DNA of 64,000 nucleotides from Escherichia coli (GTDB lineage Bacteria; Pseudomonadota; Gammaproteobacteria; Enterobacterales; Enterobacteriaceae): NCBI RefSeq assembly GCF_022846255.1, contig NZ_AP025682.1; one strand, 5' to 3'. Shown piece by piece: positions 60,039 to 64,000 of this stretch (position 1 is its first letter; each line of letters starts with the position of its first letter). The notes under the pieces were generated by a model. It saw only the letters and a program-made list of their open reading frames with translations, ran no database searches and was not told where the DNA came from. The position numbers and the translations under genes were made by a program.

Positions 60039-60518
60039 TCAGTCGATGATGCGCATAATGGCGCTGCATTCCGGATGCTGCAGGGCGTAATCCCGCAGCC
60101 GGTAATAATGGACCGTCATGGCATAACACTCTGTACGACAGGCATGATGACTGTACGTCATCAGACAGGCAGCAATGCCGGCGGCTTCCGGGCTCATTTC
60201 AGCGCGGTTACCGTTCATGACATTGAACAGTACCCATGTTTCGTCATCATCGTCATCCGGTTCGGGTACCATAAATGCCCCGCCGTTGTTCAGGGTGTAC
60301 AGATTCCAGATACCACCGCAGTAGTCTTCGCACAGACGGTCCATCCAGCCGAAGACACGGGGCTCCAGGGTCACCCACTGTGGAATGAGGCCAAAATGCT
60401 GCGGCCAGAAGCTGATGCGCTGTTCATCAGGGACGAGGCTGGCAACCAACTGAGGCGGATTATTCTCTGGTGTTGTAGCTGAATAAATTGTGGGGGTATT
60501 CTGAGAAACGGTTTTCAT
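60039..60518 (-). CDS. Antirestriction protein (ArdB/KlcA family)
   Basis: 159 aa; WPQHFGLIPQWVTLEPRVFGWMDRLCEDYCGGIWNLYTLNNGGAFM pattern typical of the family. Confidence 0.8.
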   Translation of the reverse strand: MKTVSQNTPTIYSATTPENNPPQLVASLVPDEQRISFWPQHFGLIPQWVTLEPRVFGWMDRLCEDYCGGIWNLYTLNNGGAFMVPEPDDDDDETWVLFNVMNGNRAEMSPEAAGIAACLMTYSHHACRTECYAMTVHYYRLRDYALQHPECSAIMRIID

Positions 60519-60599
60519 GAGATAACTCCTTAAATAACAAATAAATGTGTGTTTTTCAGGAACGAAAGCTGAATGATTCCCTCACTCAGGGAAACGGCA

Positions 60600-61421
60600 T
60601 CAGCGCAGGCTCTCCAGCATCGTTTCTGCCATCACCCACAATGCGCGATTGAGCTTAATGTCGGTATCAATGCTGTGAATGGCCCGGGTATGGATACGTT
60701 TTCCTCTGGCACTGCGACCGGAAATCCCGCCTTTCAGCATATTCTCCTGGATGGTCTGATATGCGCTCCACAGGTCCTTACCGTAATCCTCCCGGCGTCG
60801 CGGCGTCAGAATGTCGGCGGTGGTGACGGGCTGATGTTCGTCACCATAACGGTAAGTCAGTGCCGCCTGTGCCAGCGCCTGGCGTGCCGGTGGCGGCAGG
60901 ACCAGCGACTGCATGGCATCACGCTTCTCCTCTATCCGGTCAAACACGCCCACCACCTCGTAAGCCCCTTCGATAACTTTCTCCACTACATTTCCCCGGT
61001 GTGGAACACGCACTTCCCCCAGAGACTGGCCACAGACGCACCCGTTCTGGCAGACGAACCTGAAGTAACCCGGCAGCATCTGGTAGCTGGAGGTACCGTC
61101 ATGAGAGTTGAGCAGAATAATTTCAGGGACATGTTCTCCGTTTATCTCTCCGGCCCGCCGCAGACGCAGCATGTGTTTTGTGTATCCCCGGCGGCCCGGG
61201 TCGCGCACACGGGTCTGGCAGGCGAAGAACGGCTGAAAGCCTTCCCGCTGCAGATTTTCCAGGACGGTAATGGTGGGAATGTACGCATACCGTTCACTGC
61301 GGGAGATGTGCCGGTCTTCCCCAAAAATACTGGGTACATGGCGTATCAGTTCTTCATGTGTCAGCGGACGGTCACGGCGTATCTGGTTTGCAGCATAACC
61401 AAAACGACTGGCTAATCGCAT
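60600..61421 (-). CDS. DUF932-family protein (YafZ-like)
   Basis: 273 aa; MRLASRFG...SRSERYAYIPTI...GFQPFFACQTRVRD...YTKHMLRLRR...PEIILLNSHDGTSSYQM...FRFVCQNG pattern. Confidence 0.8.
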   Translation of the reverse strand: MRLASRFGYAANQIRRDRPLTHEELIRHVPSIFGEDRHISRSERYAYIPTITVLENLQREGFQPFFACQTRVRDPGRRGYTKHMLRLRRAGEINGEHVPEIILLNSHDGTSSYQMLPGYFRFVCQNGCVCGQSLGEVRVPHRGNVVEKVIEGAYEVVGVFDRIEEKRDAMQSLVLPPPARQALAQAALTYRYGDEHQPVTTADILTPRRREDYGKDLWSAYQTIQENMLKGGISGRSARGKRIHTRAIHSIDTDIKLNRALWVMAETMLESLR

Positions 61422-61466
61422 ACTTTGCTCCTTATCGGTGGTTAAGATTTACTGGTGCAATAAATG

Positions 61467-61498
61467 AAAAAAGCCGCGTCTCCCGGAGAAGACGCGGC
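61467..61498 (-). terminator. Rho-independent terminator ending the patatin/secreted-protein operon
   Basis: Minus strand gccgcgtcttctccgggagacgcggc hairpin followed by TTTTTT, about 145 bp after the stop of the 61642..62052 gene and just before the DUF932 gene. Confidence 0.75.
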
Positions 61499-61641
61499 CT
61501 GACGGGTGAAATGAATAAGGTTTATTGTCTGAGAGGCCTTTCACTGGCGAGCCACGCATTAAGCGGCTTTCCGGTAACAATGGCTGGGGCTGTATTTACC
61601 TTTGATATTAATAATGTGCAGAGAAACGCATGGTTTACTCC

Positions 61642-62052
61642 TTAGATTTTAAGTTTGTCCTGGGCTACAACGACAGGTTTTCCGGATGTGTCGATGACTC
61701 CTACCGTCGGTACGCCATTTTTGATTTCGAAGAACGGTTTGTTGCTACCTGAGCACAGTTGATTGTCCCCGTATTCAATCATTTGTGCTTTCCCGGTTTT
61801 CAGGTTAACTACCGAGACAGTGTAGTCGTAGCACCAGGCACCACCACGCTCAAGCACGAAAACATAGCTGTTATCTTTATAGTTGAACTGATTCTTTGTC
61901 TGGCAATTCATACCGTCAATTTCGGTACAGGAAAACGCTTCTGTAGTATTAACGTATTTGATGTTATTTGGCAGTTTTACTTGTTTCGCAGTAGCGAAGA
62001 CAGAGAACAGAATAGTTACAGCAACGAGTAAAGTTTTGATAAAAGTTTTCAT
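61642..62052 (-). CDS. Small secreted (periplasmic) protein of unknown function; apparent paralog of the upstream gene
   Basis: 136 aa; Sec signal peptide MKTFIKTLLVAVTILFSVFATA; AAGGAG RBS 7 nt upstream of the ATG; 4 Cys; AT-rich; shares the pattern YVFVLERGGAWCYDYTVSVVNLKTG with the upstream protein's VWFQGDGCKANTCGWDFIVTLYNPKT. Confidence 0.7.
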   Translation of the reverse strand: MKTFIKTLLVAVTILFSVFATAKQVKLPNNIKYVNTTEAFSCTEIDGMNCQTKNQFNYKDNSYVFVLERGGAWCYDYTVSVVNLKTGKAQMIEYGDNQLCSGSNKPFFEIKNGVPTVGVIDTSGKPVVVAQDKLKI

Positions 62053-62067
62053 GATAGACTCCTTAAA

Positions 62068-62556
62068 TTAGTTAACCGCAGCTACGTAGTTTTTCACCAG
62101 ATACGCGAATTCATGCACGCCAATTTCACCGAACCAAACCAGGTAGGCCGGGTCATCTAAACCAAAGTAACGGTAGCCAACAACTTCATGGGTTTTTGGG
62201 TTATAGAGTGTTACGATAAAGTCCCAGCCGCAGGTATTGGCTTTGCAACCGTCGCCCTGGAACCAGACTGTACCGTTAATGTTTACTGGCGTGATACCTC
62301 CACCAGGGCCATCCATATAGCCGCCTTTACCGAACATGCCGCTCAGTCCGACCGGTTTTAATGCTTTGTCGATAGCGGCTTTGTAGGTAGCGTCACCTTC
62401 GTACAACTCGTACGTTGATGGACACGCTCCAGGTTGTTCAGCCCAGGCTTCCGGGTTACAACTAAGAGCTTGTTTTACGGTAGCCGCTTCTGCGTTAAAG
62501 TTAAAGCCCGTGAACAGAACCGCCAGAAATAACATAAGGGTATGTAAACGTTTCAT
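62068..62556 (-). CDS. Secreted (periplasmic) protein with Ivy-like features (C-K-x3-C-G loop)
   Basis: Start placed at the internal ATG that gives the Sec signal MKRLHTLMLFLAVLFTGFNFNAEA; motifs KAAIDKA, KGGY, GCKANTCGWDFIV resemble Ivy KAAFNQM, KGGTY, ACKPHDCGSQRIAV; the same frame stays open upstream to 62859 (track ORF 62068..62859), so the start is uncertain. Confidence 0.6.
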   Translation of the reverse strand: MKRLHTLMLFLAVLFTGFNFNAEAATVKQALSCNPEAWAEQPGACPSTYELYEGDATYKAAIDKALKPVGLSGMFGKGGYMDGPGGGITPVNINGTVWFQGDGCKANTCGWDFIVTLYNPKTHEVVGYRYFGLDDPAYLVWFGEIGVHEFAYLVKNYVAAVN

Positions 62557-62886
62557 TGTAAATATTCTTCCGTTGTAAATGGCGCTGGAAAATTTCTCAT
62601 CAGTGAAACCTTCCGGAAGTTTCCCCCCCTTGTATGATGTATATCGCCAGTATTTTATTTCATCCCGGCTGTAATTTTTATATTCCCCGGCACGTGCAAT
62701 AACGCTGACCAGAGATATAAGGCTCATTAATAACTTTACAGGTAATTTCATAATTAAATTTCCAGTGAGTGAATTGACAGGTGAGGGGTAAAACTTTCTC
62801 TCAGGTAATATATATCTGAAAATATTTTCAATAACACCAGACAGGAAAAACACCACCACAGGCGGTGGCGTTTCTTTGGGGCGTCT

Positions 62887-63957
62887 TTATTTAATCCGGG
62901 CCATCGCGTTTCTCAGTGCCAAATCTGCCTCTTCCGTTATATCCAGGCTTTTCTGCAATACCGCCTCTGACCGGGTCAGTGCCTGACGTGCTGCCAGCGG
63001 TTTCCGGATATGCTCCATCGCCAGCATCGTGTCTTCATAGCCCTGCTGACGCCAGGCGTCGGTATGTGCCGATGTAAAACTGAGCAGACCGCCGCTGTTG
63101 CCACCATCACCTGCATATTTCAGCCTTTTCCGGGGACGGATCTCAAGGATTGTGGTGTCCGGAAAAGCCTGGCGATCCCATAAAGAACCGTCACTCAGAT
63201 GCGTCACAATCACCATATTGCATCCGGCATCGACCAGAGGCGTCACAGGGGTATTTCCCTGCATATTTCGCCATCCTCCCATACCACCATCACCGAACAT
63301 TGTCCCCTGAACCTCACGGGGACGGAACAGCAGGGGCAGCGCGGCTGACGCAAGCAGAGCCTCTTTCTGCTGTCCGCGGGGCAGGCTCTGGATATGCTGA
63401 AAAACGGCGTTTTTCGTGGTTCCGACACCCAGTTCAGCACGAATGCAGTCAATAATATCCTGCATGCCCCCTTCTGTGGGGTACAGCGACACATACAGCG
63501 GTAGCCCGTCTGCCAGAGCATCAGTATCAAGATAATGATCCATCAGCGCTGTCAGGGGCTCATCTGACAACAACGGCTGAGCCATCAGATTGTCAAACCC
63601 GTTGATTGTCGATATATGGCGAAGAAGCGTCGTAAGCAGTGCTCCTGCACGTCCGGGGATCTGGCAGAGGTTCATTGCCTGGAACAATTTTTTCAGCAAT
63701 GAAAAGTAAACCAATCTGTTTACCGACAGCACCTGATTATTCCCCAGATGATCCCAGAGCGCCTCCAGGCGTACGGCAGCTTCTGACAGATCGGTAGAGG
63801 CCGCGATAATGGCACCATTGAATGCGCCAATGCTGGCCCCTGAAACCATGCTGATCTGTGTACCACACTCTGCCAGTGCCTTAACCACTCCCGCCTGATA
63901 AGCGCCCACCGCCCCGCCACCGGACAGCACCAGCCCCGTTTTCATTTCTGTACTCAT
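62887..63957 (-). CDS. Patatin-like phospholipase (cytoplasmic; no signal peptide)
   Basis: 356 aa; oxyanion-hole GGGxxG (LSGGGAVGAYQAG), nucleophile elbow GxSxG (GASIG) and catalytic Asp in FGDGGM; AGGGGG RBS; ATG overlaps the stop of an upstream gene. Confidence 0.85.
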   Translation of the reverse strand: MSTEMKTGLVLSGGGAVGAYQAGVVKALAECGTQISMVSGASIGAFNGAIIAASTDLSEAAVRLEALWDHLGNNQVLSVNRLVYFSLLKKLFQAMNLCQIPGRAGALLTTLLRHISTINGFDNLMAQPLLSDEPLTALMDHYLDTDALADGLPLYVSLYPTEGGMQDIIDCIRAELGVGTTKNAVFQHIQSLPRGQQKEALLASAALPLLFRPREVQGTMFGDGGMGGWRNMQGNTPVTPLVDAGCNMVIVTHLSDGSLWDRQAFPDTTILEIRPRKRLKYAGDGGNSGGLLSFTSAHTDAWRQQGYEDTMLAMEHIRKPLAARQALTRSEAVLQKSLDITEEADLALRNAMARIK

Positions 63958-64000
63958 GCAGCCCCCTTCTGAAATATTTCATCGACCATACTTTCAGAGA
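63955..64000 (-). CDS. 3' end of an unidentified gene translationally coupled to the patatin gene (runs off the window end)
   Basis: Minus-strand frame ...SESMVDEIFQKGAA* ends on a TGA that overlaps the patatin ATG (ATGA junction); only 14 codons visible. Confidence 0.45.

Noticed and set aside
59559-60482. 307-aa plus-strand ORF spanning yeeS and the antirestriction gene
   Set aside because: Antisense to two recognisable minus-strand genes; it crosses their boundary and has no motifs.
60573-61415. 280-aa plus-strand ORF opposite the DUF932 gene
   Set aside because: Antisense shadow of the minus-strand DUF932 gene, whose translation matches a known family pattern.
61642-62052. Possible MliC/PliC lysozyme-inhibitor identity for the second secreted protein (YVFVLERGGA resembles the MliC YVFWSKGDEA block)
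   Set aside because: The order of the MliC signature motifs is not preserved, so the resemblance is probably coincidental; kept only as an unknown periplasmic paralog.

Overview
This window is an Escherichia coli chromosomal segment with gene order colinear with E. coli K-12 (recalled, not searched), in inverted orientation. From left to right: the 5' end of yegH (minus strand); the complete 20-gene colanic acid (cps) operon wza-wzb-wzc-wcaABCDEF-gmd-fcl-gmm-wcaI-cpsB-cpsG-wcaJ-wzxC-wcaKLM with a JUMPstart/ops element in its leader; galF; an O-antigen cluster (rfbBDAC, wzx, a UDP-GlcNAc 2-epimerase, three glycosyltransferases, wzy) with its own JUMPstart/ops and an AT-rich serotype-specific core; gnd, ugd, wzzB; the whole his operon on the minus strand (hisLGDCBHAFI) with leader peptide and attenuator; yeeZ, yeeY, plaP, yeeE, yeeD, sbcB, dacD, sbmC (LexA box), yeeA, yeeX; then a degraded CP4-44-like island (IS66-family transposase remnant, PduV/EutP-like fragment, yeeW, frameshifted cbtA, cbeA, yeeT, yeeS, an antirestriction gene and a DUF932 gene). 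The most interesting part is the right edge (61.6-64.0 kb): a minus-strand operon encoding a cytoplasmic patatin-like phospholipase, translationally coupled to an upstream gene that lies off-window, followed by two signal-peptide proteins that appear to be paralogs, one with an Ivy-like C-K-x3-C-G loop. I cannot match this cassette to a described system from memory; effector/immunity or defence roles are hypotheses only. No rRNA, tRNA or CRISPR array was seen. All family assignments rest on reading the translations, not on database searches.
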